64,000 nt of DNA from Vitrella brassicaformis CCMP3155 (Eukaryota > Protista > Chromerida): positions 130,819-194,818 of the forward strand of contig CDMY01000091.1 in NCBI GenBank assembly GCA_001179505.1, given 5' to 3'. Position 1 is the stretch's first letter. Each line of letters starts with the position of its first letter. Under the pieces are notes generated by a model, which had not been told where the DNA came from, searched no databases, and saw only the letters and a program-made list of their open reading frames with translations. Positions 46,307-58,939 of the stretch are shown in pieces. The position numbers and the translations under genes were made by a program.

Positions 46307-49204
46307 CTACTGCTGCTGCATCGTCTTTATGTGTGTCAGCCGCTTGTGCGCCAGCCTCAGCACCTTTTGCAGGCGGCTCTGCTCGCCACTCAGCCTGTCC
46401 TGCTCCCCACTGCACTCGTCAATGAAGGCCCACGCCTCGTCGGCCGTCCCGAAGCCGGCGTCTGGTAGGGAGAACCTGTCGGGGCAGGTGCTCTCGAGGT
46501 AGGCGTTGTGCTCTTCTAGGTGCTTCTGCCGGCTCTTCTCCAGGTTGAGGCGGTAGAGCAGGTCGTTGGTGTGGTCGGCGAGTGCGCGGACGTGACGGTC
46601 GACGTCGTCGCACACCGAGATGGCCGCCTGGATGATCTGGGGGGCCGGGGAAGGCCTGCACAGACACAGACACAGAGAGGCAGACAGCAGACAGGGATAG
46701 GTGTCGAGTTGGCCGCTCGCTCTCTCTCTTGTGTAAATGTGTGTGGCGTGTTTACGTGTTGGTTGGCGTGTCTGCCTTGTTCGTGCTGCTGTTGTTGCTG
46801 TGGTTCTTGCCGGGGTGTGTCTTCGTTTTGGGGACCTGTATGGGCGTCTGTGTCTGCGGCTGTGGCTGCGGCTGTGGCTGCGGCTGTGTCTGCTGCGGAC
46901 GCGCCGCCTCCATCCCTCTCCCCGTCTGCATCTCCCCCTTTCCCTCTCCCATCAGGCCGTCGCCATCCTTGGGTGGGCTTCGCTGGGAGCTGATGCTGCT
47001 ATGTTTGCTGGGTGTGGCGAAGGGGTCGTTGGCCCCATCATGAACATCATCCTCATAGTAGTCGCTCACCGACTCCCCCTCTCCCCGAGAGAGGCCGTCG
47101 TCACTCCCAGGAAACAGACAGCACCCGCCGTCCTCGTGCTGATGCTCATGCTCATGTTGGCCATGGTGCCCGCGGTGGCCTCTGGGGCCCAGAGTCACGT
47201 TGACATGCGCGTGGGCATCCTCCCACACGCCAATGCCGCCAACAGCGGTACCAAGCGACCCGCCCGCCGAGAGGGAGGGGTAGTGCGTGTCGTAGACCTC
47301 GATGCTTTCGGCCACCTCCCGTGTGGGGGTGAGGTCGGTGATGATGGGAGCTGGGGGCGGGGTGGCCTGGTTGTGGCTGTGGTCGTGTGGGCTGGCTGAT
47401 GCTTGTCGGGGTGTGTGGGTGAGAGGGGCGTCAGGCTGCAGCAGGGAGGTGGCTGTGTGCCGGTGGGTGGGGTCGTGGCCGAGAATGACGACATAGCGGG
47501 GAGAGTAACTGAGGAGACAGAGAGAGAGAGGGATGACAGTGTGTGTCACTGTGAGGGTGTATTTGTGTGTGTGTGTGTGTGGCTGACGACTGACCCCCTC
47601 CGCCAGTTCATGCAGAATATGTCCATGTCCAGCTGCTCGATGTCCGAGAGGCTCATGGCTGGGGGCGATGTCGTCTCGAGGATGCTCACGTCATCCCTAC
47701 ACACACAAACCAGAGAGAGAGAGCGAGATGGCCGCAATCATATCATGCCCTACCCCACTCACCACCTACCTGTTCTGCAGCTCCTTGACGTCCTCATCCG
47801 TCACTCCCTTGCTGTTGCTGATGACACGGATGCACAGGTCGGCGTAGTACCTCCCTCTGGCCCGCTCAGCCTTGGTGCCTGCAAGACCCCATCCCCCCCA
47901 ATCCCCCCACAATAGGCGGCTGGGGGGCGGGGGATTTGTGTGTGGGGCTACCGGCGAGAAGCAGCATAGTATCGCCGATGTTGTTGATGACGCACCGGGC
48001 GGCCCTGCCGACTTGCTCCCGGTGCTTCAACACACAGCCGATGTCTTCGGGCACTACATACTGCGTCCATCCGCACACCCACACCTCTGAGTGTTCTCGT
48101 GTGGTGTGGTGTGGTGTGGTGTGCTGTGCTGATGGGCTGACCTTGTCGACGGCGAGCCCATCGATGTGGTCCAGCAGCTTGCTCTCGCGGATGTACTCAG
48201 TGGCGAAGTACTTGCCGGGGAAACACTTCTGAGACACACACACATGCATATGCCTTGTTAGGGGTGTTCGCACAGCTGCATGAGTGCGTGTGGCTGTGTT
48301 TGTGCCCTTGCCTCGATCATGCTGTAGATGTGGAACTCCGCCCCAAGACGATGGAGACTGCATCACCACACACGCATAGAACAGACCATGCACCCAACCG
48401 AACACCCACCCTCCCTCCGTCTGCTTACGGCTGTCCCCACAGGACCAGCAGCTGACCAGCACCAGCACCCTCACACGCCGGCTTCCCAGGTATCTCCGGC
48501 TCCCCAAGCTGCTCAGCCAGGCCCCGTCTGTCCCGCGAACGGGCTCCCTTGACGTTGACGAAATGCCCCACGACGGTGTGGCTCTTGCTGATCTGCCGGA
48601 GTGTCTCGCCGCGCTTGCCCATGACCAGCCCGACGGCGTCATTCGGCACTGGGATGAGCGAGACGTCGTCACGCCTGCACCGTCAGCAAAACACATCACA
48701 CCTGCGCGTGTCTGCGGTGCTGCGTACGGAGGTACCCGGTGAGCTTGGAGATGTGGAGGGTGTGGCTCAGCTGGTTCTGCTGCTGCTGGTTGTTGTTGTT
48801 GTGCTGGTTCTGGTGTTGGTACTGCATGGCAGCTGCGTTGTCCAGGAGGAACAGCAGGTAGGTCCGCGCCTTGTCCACCTGATCGTGGCCGTCGCCGCTG
48901 ATCACAAGCTCAGAACGGCCTGCACACACCACACAACACACAGCAAACCACACATTCAGGCACATGCCGTATCTCGCCACCCCAGATCTGGAAGCGTGTT
49001 GATCCCTCGCTCACCTCGCCCGGCGAAGTCAATCTTTGCCCCGCCAGCCATGGTTTCCAGCACCGGCAGCATCTCGTCCTCGTCTCCCAGCGCTCGGGCG
49101 AGGGTGTGCGGGTTCCTCACAGGCACACGCGCGACGCAAGGGACCATCGGCGTGCTCTTGCTGTTGCTGTTGCTGCTACAGCGGCTGCTGGAAGGCTGCT
49201 GCAT
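46307..49204 (-). CDS. Multi-KH-domain RNA-binding protein with low-complexity linker and C-terminal coiled coil
   Basis: Canonical KH: SLIPVPNDAVGLVMGKRGETLRQI...LVLWGQP|LHRLGAEFHIYSMIE. Flanking degenerate KH-like exons: ELVISGDGHDQVDKARTYL and YVVPEDIGCVL...LLLAG|TKAERARGRYY. His/Gln-rich linker; final exon DRHVRALADHTNDLLYRLNLEKSRQKHLEEHN...MQQQ*. Confidence 0.75.
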
Positions 49205-49466
49205 CGCTTTCAGCCGCAGAACCGCGCCAGGAAAGATCTGCCTCTTCTCGGCTTAGCTCGCAGTAAGTGGATCGGCTGGGTGGCAAAGGGGAGAAAGAGG
49301 AAAGAAAGCGGCTGTGCAGTGACCGCAGAGAGCGCAGGTCGTCAGCGTTGAGCCCTTCGTCGCTTCTGATTGCCGCGTGACGTGGAGATCACCTCGGCAT
49401 CTGTGCGATTGGTGCGGCCTGGGCGGTCCTTAACGGGCTTGTGTTGGCCTCTGTGTGCTGCTCGTC

Positions 49467-50680
<1,214 letters not shown>

Positions 50681-51953
50681 ATGCATGCGTCAGATGTGTC
50701 ATGTCAGTCATGTGTGGCGTGTACCTGACTGCCTGCCTGTCATCCTGCCTGCCTGCCTGTGTGTGGTGTACGTTGCTGCCTCCTCCCTCCCTCCCTCCCT
50801 GTCTGTCTCTATCCATCCCACTGTCCATGTGCGGTGTGTGCGGCTTTCTCTTTCTCTCCGTGTGTGTCGTGTTGTGTGCGTATGGGTCGGTCTGGTGGTT
50901 GGTTTGGTCAGTGGGATGGGGGGGGTGGGGATGTCATGTTTGCCTTGTACAATTGCGGGCCGGGCGGAATGGGGCGGCTGGGTGAGTGAGTGGGTAATTT
51001 AGGGGAGCACACGGGGGGTTTCTTTCCTTGTTCCTGCCTGCCGGCCTGCCTGCCTGCCTGCCAGTCACATCAGTCGATTGTGCAAATCACAGTCAGCAGG
51101 TAGCCAAGGCAGGCAAGGCACCACACCACACACCACACCACACACACGAGAGAACACAGCGCGTGTGTGTGGCATTTTTGTCCCTTCCGTCTTCTGTCTG
51201 TCTTTCTGTCCACTGGCCATCGGTTCCTTCGTTTTCTGGCTCATTGGCTTCTCGTCTCGTGTGTACACTAAGACCGACCAAACCTCTTGCCCAGCTTCCT
51301 CTACACGCACACATCCACACACACACACGCGCCTGTCTGTCTATCACTCAGGGAGAGGTAGGGACGTTTTCTCAAACAGACGAGGAGAGAGGATGCATAC
51401 GCTTGTTCGTTCATCGCTGCTGGCTGGCTGGCTGCATGCTTTTTGCGCAATTTTGAATGGGTCTAGGTGGGTGGGTGGGTGAGCCGGTGGGTGGGTGGGT
51501 GATCGTTGCAGTGGGGGACTGTTTGTGTGTACTATGGTGCGCGTCATGCGTGGCGTGTGCATAGCACGGCATATGGGTGTGTGTGTATGTGTGTGTGTGT
51601 CTATGCAGTACTGGGTGGGTGAGTGGGTTGGCGGGCGGGCCGTCCTGAGACTTTACAGCCGCCGTCGCCCCTCCCTCCCTCTCTGTCCATGAAGGTATCT
51701 GTGTGTGGTTGTGTCCGTGCTATGCTACGCTATGCTGTGCTGTCCATCGATCCATGTGGTGCTTTGTTGCGTGCTGACATCCCTCTCTCTGCCTGCCTGC
51801 GTGTGTCTCCCTGAATTCAAGTACGTGTTTCAATCCATCGCCTGTGAGGTAATCACACAGACGGTATCATTCCCTTGAAGGCTCGTTGCCACTGCGAGCG
51901 GCAGCGGCGAACGGCGCCACGACCAGAACAGTGACAAGAATCGAGACTCTTTG

Positions 51954-52179
51954 CAAGGCAAGCATCTTGGTGGTCCAAAACTGACTGCGAGCCACGAAAA
52001 CCGACCTCTGAGCCCAAAACCAGCTTTGCACAGTGCAAAACCGGTTTTGCGACAGAGAAAACCGGTTTGCGATAGAGAAAACCGGTTTTGCTTGTTTTCA
52101 AAGCCCGGTTTTCCCTGTTTGAGTGCCGGTTTTATAGAGACACGACCACAAATAGATGTCTCCGCAAAAGTGTGGCCCG
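51954..52179. mobile_element. Foldback/MITE-like element copy 1 (left arm + spacer, truncated by gap)
   Basis: Begins CAAGGCAAGC and is nearly identical to the arm and spacer of the complete copy at 56615-57000. Confidence 0.85.
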
Positions 52180-52479
52180 NNNNNNNNNNNNNNNNNNNNN
52201 NNNNNNNNNNNNNNNNNNNNNNNNNNNNNNNNNNNNNNNNNNNNNNNNNNNNNNNNNNNNNNNNNNNNNNNNNNNNNNNNNNNNNNNNNNNNNNNNNNNN
52301 NNNNNNNNNNNNNNNNNNNNNNNNNNNNNNNNNNNNNNNNNNNNNNNNNNNNNNNNNNNNNNNNNNNNNNNNNNNNNNNNNNNNNNNNNNNNNNNNNNNN
52401 NNNNNNNNNNNNNNNNNNNNNNNNNNNNNNNNNNNNNNNNNNNNNNNNNNNNNNNNNNNNNNNNNNNNNNNNNNNNNNN
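52180..52479. other. Assembly gap (300 N)
   Basis: Run of exactly 300 N directly after a hairpin element. Confidence 0.99.
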
Positions 52480-53525
52480 GTGCTGCTGGTGGTAGTGGTG
52501 GTGGTGGTAGTGCTTGGGCTGGTGGTGGTGGTGGTGGTGGGGCTGGTGATGTGGCGGCGCCAATGGATGCGGGAAGGGGGCGGCCGCGTGCAGCAGGGGG
52601 GCGGGGGACGGTGGCTGGAGCGGAGCGATGGGAGCGACGGTGGGGACGGGGCCAGGCACTAGGGGGACGGGGCGGGGGTGTGCGTGTTGGGGAAGGAGGG
52701 GAGGGAGGGCGGCGGCGCTGTGCTGCTGGACAGGGGCGGCTGGGGGGGCCTGAGCGGGCTGACGACAACACACAGACAGCCACACAGACATCAAATTACT
52801 GCATCAATCACAGTAAGTGCCTGCCGATCCCTCCCGCCCTGCACACATGGTGCAGCCATGCCTACCTGCTGCTGCTGCTGCCGGGCGCGCAGCTCCTCCA
52901 GCTGACGGCGCAGCTCCTGCACCTCCCTCTCGGCCGCCAGCTGCACAAGCCAGACAGAGAAGGCATCGAACACCAGGATACACACACATCCACTGATCAG
53001 CGTGTGTGTGGATGTCAGTCAGTAAGTCCCGGATAGATAGGGCTGACCAGCCGTGTGCGCTGCACTGCAAATCGGTCGCCGCCCGTCCGCAGATACTCCT
53101 CAGCCTTCAGCAGCTTCCCTGCAAGGAAAGCATTCAGAGGCACATGAGTGATGACCCCTTTCATCACATCATCGCGGCGGCGTACCGCCCAAGTAGTGGT
53201 GGTTCACGATGAGTTCGAGCAGGTCCATCTCAAGTTGGCGGCGCGTGATGCGGTCGAGCACTGCAGTCAGTCATCACAGACACCAAGAGAGGACACACAA
53301 TGACGGAGAAGAAACGAGCATGCAGTGAGAACGGCCTTTCGGCGCCCCGCCCTCCCTCTTGCCCCGTCTGTCCGTCTGTCTGTCTGTCTGTGTGCTGGCT
53401 GGCTGCGTGGCTATCCATGTGTCCTCCTCACGCTGACGGAGACGTTCCAGCCTCTCGTGCTTCGCCTTCGGCCATTGCTCGAACTTGCACGCTTCGATGA
53501 AAAGGTCGGGCCGCTGGGTCGCCAT
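52480..53525 (-). CDS. Hypothetical coiled-coil protein with Pro/His-rich tail, 3' end in gap
   Basis: Exons MATQRPDLFIEACKFEQWPKAKHERLERLRQREE, TAVLDRITRRQLEMDLLELI, LVQLAAEREVQELRRQLEELRARQQQQQ, then PAQAPPAAP...HHHHHHQPKHYHHHHYHQQH running into the Ns. Confidence 0.55.
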
Positions 53526-55551
53526 GGCTGCTGGTGCTGCTCTGCTCAGCGACGGCCCAATATCACCTCAGGGGCGGGGTATTGTCTGGTGTTGACGACG
53601 AGAGAATCACACTCCTCCTCAAACCTTGCCCCTCCGAAATCTATGACTGAGACACAAAACGGGCATCACACGAGTGATGAGTGGTGTGGTATTTGACATG
53701 TCTTGCATGCACTTTTGATATCAGCTTTGGCCGGGCGGACGAAGTGATCGCCCAGAGGGGCGCCGGATATCTGCAGTAGGGACACACAAAGGCCATTGAT
53801 CGTGGTGGTCCTATCGTATATGCGCGGGTACGTACCGTGACGGTGGCACGGTTGGCGCTATGTCCGGGTCAGCAAACAAGACATTCTTGTGCTGCATTAG
53901 GAGAAAGACACATAGGCTTGCCGTCTCGTCTGTATGTGCCTACTTACCAGTGTTGACTCCTCAGTGCGTGAGGTGAGTTTCATGGTGTGTATGAAATCCA
54001 GGCCGTCCAGCACTTCTCCTGCACTCACACACACAGCACAAACAGGTATGTGGGTAGGTCATCGATTAAAAGACATCAACCGAGCGGCGTAGCCCAAAGC
54101 ATTGATCCATCTCCATTCACTAGTAGGATCACTCACTCACCTGACAGGTACTTGACCTCGTCATCGGAGTGCTCCTCTAACGCCGCTGAAGGCATCCAGC
54201 ACCATAGTAACCAAGGTCTACATCATGATGGATGGCGTTCGTGATGTGTCGGCGTTGAACTTGAGTGTGATGGACCTACTGAAAAGCAAAGGAGAGGGCC
54301 ACACCATTGGATTGCCGTGCGGATGCAATTCGTAAGCGTGGCAGCCAGCCTTGGTTTTGTACCGCACCTGTGAGGCGTACTTGACGCTCTTGGGTTGATT
54401 CGCCTAGTGACTGAAGGTGCAATCCTGACATCCTGACGAAATCCTCTCATCCGTTGCAGGAGCAGCCTTTGACGGCAGCATGGCTTGAACTTGAGTTGCA
54501 TCCTGACGCACACACACATCCCGCACGTGCACGCGGCAGGCACGCTGATGATGAGGTTTCATTATTCTCCTTTCTTTCGAAGAGAGAGTGGGGGCGGAAG
54601 GGGGCCGAAGAGCGAACTTGAACTTGGAGAACCTGACGAAAAAGCGAGAACGAAAAGAACACTCCGTCTCTCGTCGAGAATACTTTCTCATGCCAACCCA
54701 CGGCACCAGGCGGTCAGTCCTCGTCGTGTGCTGGCACTGCTGGCACTGCTGGCAACACAAGACAAGTATATGTGCTCAAAAAGTCCCAAAAAGTCATCTG
54801 CTCTCACATGTCCACACACGGGCACACAGTGACTTACCTCAATTCGAAATAAAACACCGACGAGCGCAACGGACAGACAGACGGGAGCCCTGGCCGAGAG
54901 CAGCTGCCCCGGCTGGCTGACGCCGCGCTGGCGGCAGGCGCGGGCCAATAAGGGCGGCGAGGTCATTGGTTGCCGCTGCCACGTACGGGAAGGAAGGGAG
55001 GGCGGCGAGGATGGTGGGCGGGGCGCGAGGGAAACCACCCAGAAAAACAAAACCGAGCGAGATGCACCCGATGAGCTGGAAAACAAGGGAGGACAACACG
55101 GCAGCTGGTGGTGTACGTGTGGTTTGTTTTCTTCTTTGAACGACGTCCCCGTCTCCTGCCGTCTCCCGACGAGAATTCTCGCCAATTTCACAAACTAAGC
55201 CATCCGGTTGGTGCAGGTGACGTCGACAGCATCGGAGGTATGGGGTACAACGAAGCTGTCGACTGCTGGCCTCGCTGGCAACATAAGACAATTAAATGTG
55301 CACAACAAGGCATGTCTCCTCTCACATAACATCATTTTCACAAAGCGTACCTAAAACAAACAGCGACGGGGGAGCGACGGGGGAGCGACGCGGTGGACAG
55401 ACAGACTGCAGCCAGGATCCTTGGCCGGGAGCAGCTGGAGCGCGCGGCTGATGCCGCGTTGGCTAGCGATAAGGGCGGCTGGCCCCCAGTTGCCGCTGCC
55501 GCCACAGGAGGGGAGGGAGAGAGGCTGAGGCGGGTGGGACGCGATGAATTC

Positions 55552-55809
55552 CAAGGCAAGCGTCTTGGTGGTCGAAAACTGGCTGCGAGCCACGAAAACC
55601 GACCTCTGAGCCCAAAACCAGCTTTGCACAGTGCAAAACCGGTTTTGCGACAGAGAAAACCGGTTTGCGATAGAGAAAACCGGTTTTGCTTGTTTTCAAA
55701 TCCCGGTTTTCCCTATTTGAGTGCCGGTTTTCGAGCCACAGTTTTGTGGAGACATCGATTTGTGGTCGTGTCTCTATAAAACCGGCACTCAAACAGGGAA
55801 AACCGGGCT
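55552..55809. mobile_element. Foldback/MITE-like element copy 2 (arm + reversed spacer + start of second arm, truncated by gap)
   Basis: CAAGGCAAGC arm. The spacer tttcgagccacagttttgtggagacatcgatttgtggtcgtgtctctataaaa is the reverse complement of the spacer in copies 1 and 3, with a few substitutions. Confidence 0.85.
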
Positions 55810-56109
55810 NNNNNNNNNNNNNNNNNNNNNNNNNNNNNNNNNNNNNNNNNNNNNNNNNNNNNNNNNNNNNNNNNNNNNNNNNNNNNNNNNNNNNNNNNNN
55901 NNNNNNNNNNNNNNNNNNNNNNNNNNNNNNNNNNNNNNNNNNNNNNNNNNNNNNNNNNNNNNNNNNNNNNNNNNNNNNNNNNNNNNNNNNNNNNNNNNNN
56001 NNNNNNNNNNNNNNNNNNNNNNNNNNNNNNNNNNNNNNNNNNNNNNNNNNNNNNNNNNNNNNNNNNNNNNNNNNNNNNNNNNNNNNNNNNNNNNNNNNNN
56101 NNNNNNNNN
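55810..56109. other. Assembly gap (300 N)
   Basis: Run of exactly 300 N inside a hairpin element. Confidence 0.99.
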
Positions 56110-56614
56110 GGGGGGGTGCAGTGTGATATGCGTGTGTGCGGACGCATTGATGGAGAAATGTGTGTGTTGGTGTGTGTGTGTGCGCACTGACTGTCGGTTG
56201 CCGTCTATGGGGAGAGAGGGACGGACGGTGGGCGAGAGAGGAAAGGCCAACTTGTCTGTGTGTCTGCCTATCCATTTTGCGCACAGTGCCGCAGGCACAA
56301 CGACTGTCTGTGTTCATCCACTCACGTGAGGCGGGTGAGCCGTGTGCGGGCGGACAGACAGCCCAGACAGACAGAGAGACCGACCAGATAGCCAATAGAG
56401 AGCACTACGCCGCCCTTCGGTGGCCCTTTCTATCTCTATGTGAAGCGCTGCGTGTCGATGAATGAGTGTGCAGACAGACAGACAAACAAACAGACAGACA
56501 GACCGACAGATGGACGCCTGCTGAGCGTGTTTGACTTAGTGTAGATTGGCTGGCTGGCTGGCTGTGTGTCTGTTTCGGCTACTCGTATTGCCATCGGTGC
56601 CTGCATTTTATATT

Positions 56615-57000
56615 CAAGGCAAGCGTCTTGGTGGTCGAAAACTGGCTGCGAGCCACGAAAACCGACCTCTGAGCCCAAAACCAGCTTTGCACAGTGCAAA
56701 ACCGGTTTTGCGACAGAGAAAACCGGTTTTGCTTGTTTTCAAAGCCCGGTTTTCCCTGTTTGAGTGCCGGTTTTATAGAGACACGACCACAAATAGATGT
56801 CTCCGCAAAAGTGTGGCCCGAATACCGGCACTCAAACAGGGAAAACCGGGCTTTGAAAACAAGCAAAACCGGTTTTCTCTATCGCAAACCGGTTTTCTTT
56901 GTCGCAAAACCGGTTTTGTACTGTGCAAAGCTGGTTTTGGGCTCAGAGGTCGGTTTTCGTGGCTCGCAGCCAGTTTTGGACCACCAAGATGCTTGCCTTG
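56615..57000. mobile_element. Complete foldback/MITE-like element (386 bp), non-coding
   Basis: Left arm 56615-56770 and right arm 56825-57000 are near-perfect inverted repeats (CAAGGCAAG...CTTGCCTTG) around a 54-bp spacer. The arms are built of ~20-22-bp AAAACCGG units. No TSD is visible (tttatatt / tgattcaa). Confidence 0.9.
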
Positions 57001-57258
57001 TGATTCAAGAGAGAGGGCACCCGTCATCACCGTGTCCTGTATATGAAGAAGAGTGCAGAGTGCTGGTGATGCAGCGAACTCTGACTTGGCGCTCCCAACG
57101 GCCGAATGTGTAAGTGTAAACTCTCGGTTCGAATTCGCGCGCATCCCTGCGTACTACTTGTTGCGTGTTGCGTGTCCGTGTTGCGTGTTTCGTGTCCGTG
57201 TTGCGGTTGCGTTAATTTCGAAACCAGCGAGAGCGGCTCTCGGAGGCATGTCAGCACC

Positions 57259-58939
57259 ATGCTACGGCCATTCGTGGTGTCACTGGCTGTAACCGTCCTG
57301 ACGACCATCGCGTTCCTCGGCAGATGGACTCAACTCGCCTACTTTGGCCCGGCAACCCATCGCCAGCATGACCAGGGACGAAGCAAGAGGACCGCCTCAC
57401 TGCGTGCTGCCCCTGCCGGGCACACCACCTCAGCTGGCAGTAGCAGCGACTTTGAGACGGTTTACGAGGCTTTCTACAACCGAGCGATCCCCCCTGCCCT
57501 CGTCGACAAGTGGCGACCTTACGCAGAAGCTCAGAACTGCTCGACAGAGCCATCTCACTATGCGAGTGTCGACGGTCAGTTGGAGGTGTTCAGGGGCCTG
57601 CAGACGTACGCCAAACCCGGTATCACTCACGAGATGGTCAGGAACGCCTCAAAGACCACGAGGGCTGCACTCTGGCAGGTAAGGACACGGTGGGTCGAAA
57701 GGGACAATGACGGGAAGAATTCACGGTGTTGTGTCAGGTGAGGGGCGGGAAGCTGTCCCATGTGAAAGGGAGCCATGGTACTGGACGGTTGATGTCTGGA
57801 GAAAGGAGCTGCTCGCGCCGATTGCACAAGTGCTGCCAGACATGATGCTAGTGACCAACCTCCTGGATGAGCCGCGCGTATTGAGGCCTGCAAATGGGAG
57901 CACCGAAGGGCCTGATCGAATTAGCTTCCAGGGCAGGAGCGCCGCTGACACCACCCGGCCCTCCTGCCCCAACCAAACAGAGGAATACGAATCGACCGTC
58001 GGCTTCTTTGTCAGCCCTGCTTCGTTCGATGTCCGCCGAGGCCTCTTGCCCATGCTCTCCCGCACCCGTGTGTCGCCATGTTTTGTCGACATTGTGTCCC
58101 CGTTCTATACTAAGGAGTGGCGTCCGAAAGCTGACGCCCCACTGCCCCGATGGGAGGACAAGACGGCAAAGCTCGTGTGGCGCGGTTCCAACACGGGATG
58201 CCTGTGGACTAATGCGGACGATCTGCTATGGAAGTGCGAGAGGGGAAGGCTGGTCAGGCTGTCTGGACAACGCAACAACGAAACTCTCCTGAGCGAGGTC
58301 GGCAATGAGCTGCGGTCCCATGGCTTCTTGTCCGAGAATGACGACGAGTGGCCGTCGGGCAAGTGGGCGTCATCCCGTGTGGGGGACCTCTTTGATGTGG
58401 GCATGACGGGCTTTGGTCAGTGCAAGGGCGGCAGCAAAGGCGGTCGCAAGAAGCCCTGCAGACAGCTGGAGGACCTCTTCGGCAAAGCCGACAAGCTGCC
58501 GATCGAGCGGTTCTTTGACTACAAGTACGTCCTTCACGTCGATGGCAACTCGTACAGCAAGCGACTTGTCAGCCTTCTCCGCTCCAACTCTCTGGTCTTC
58601 CTCCAGGTGCGCAGAGCAGAGCAACCACACACACACACACACCCGCCTTTGCGTGTCATTCACTGCTGTCAGACCGCCTTTGAGACGTGGATGGACGGCT
58701 GGCTGCAGCCATGGGTTCACTTCGTCCCGGTGTCTCCTTCGCTCGCTGACCTGCCGGCAAAGCTGGTGTGGGCGCTGGAGCACGACGACGAGGCACGACA
58801 AATCGCCGAGAACGCCCAGAGGTTCGCTGCTGACTATCTTCGCCCTGTGGACTTTTCGTCCTATCTCGCGTGGCTGCTGATAGAGTATGAGAGCCTCTTT
58901 AGACCGAGACAGCCGCTGGCTGGGTGGCCGTCTGTGTGA
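57259..58939 (+). CDS. Glycosyltransferase family 90 (CAP10/Cxt1/POGLUT-like), type II membrane protein
   Basis: N-terminal anchor MLRPFVVSLAVTVLTTIAFLG; PDMMLVTNLLDEPRV; WEDKTAKLVWRGSNTG; FDVGMTG; FFDYKYVLHVDGNSYSKRLVSLLRSNSLVF|; WLQPWVHFVPV...LVWALEHDDEARQIAENAQRFA. Confidence 0.9.

Noticed and set aside
52132-52794. ORFs spanning N runs (also 38429-39221 and 55463-56395)
   Set aside because: Artefacts of translating through gaps.
56615-57000. AAAACCGG repeats as a CRISPR array or as the protein ORFs in the track (GKHLGGPKLAASHENRPLSPKPALHSAKP...)
   Set aside because: There are no unique spacers between identical repeats, the structure is an inverted repeat, and the context is eukaryotic. 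The ORFs are open in several frames on both strands because of low complexity.
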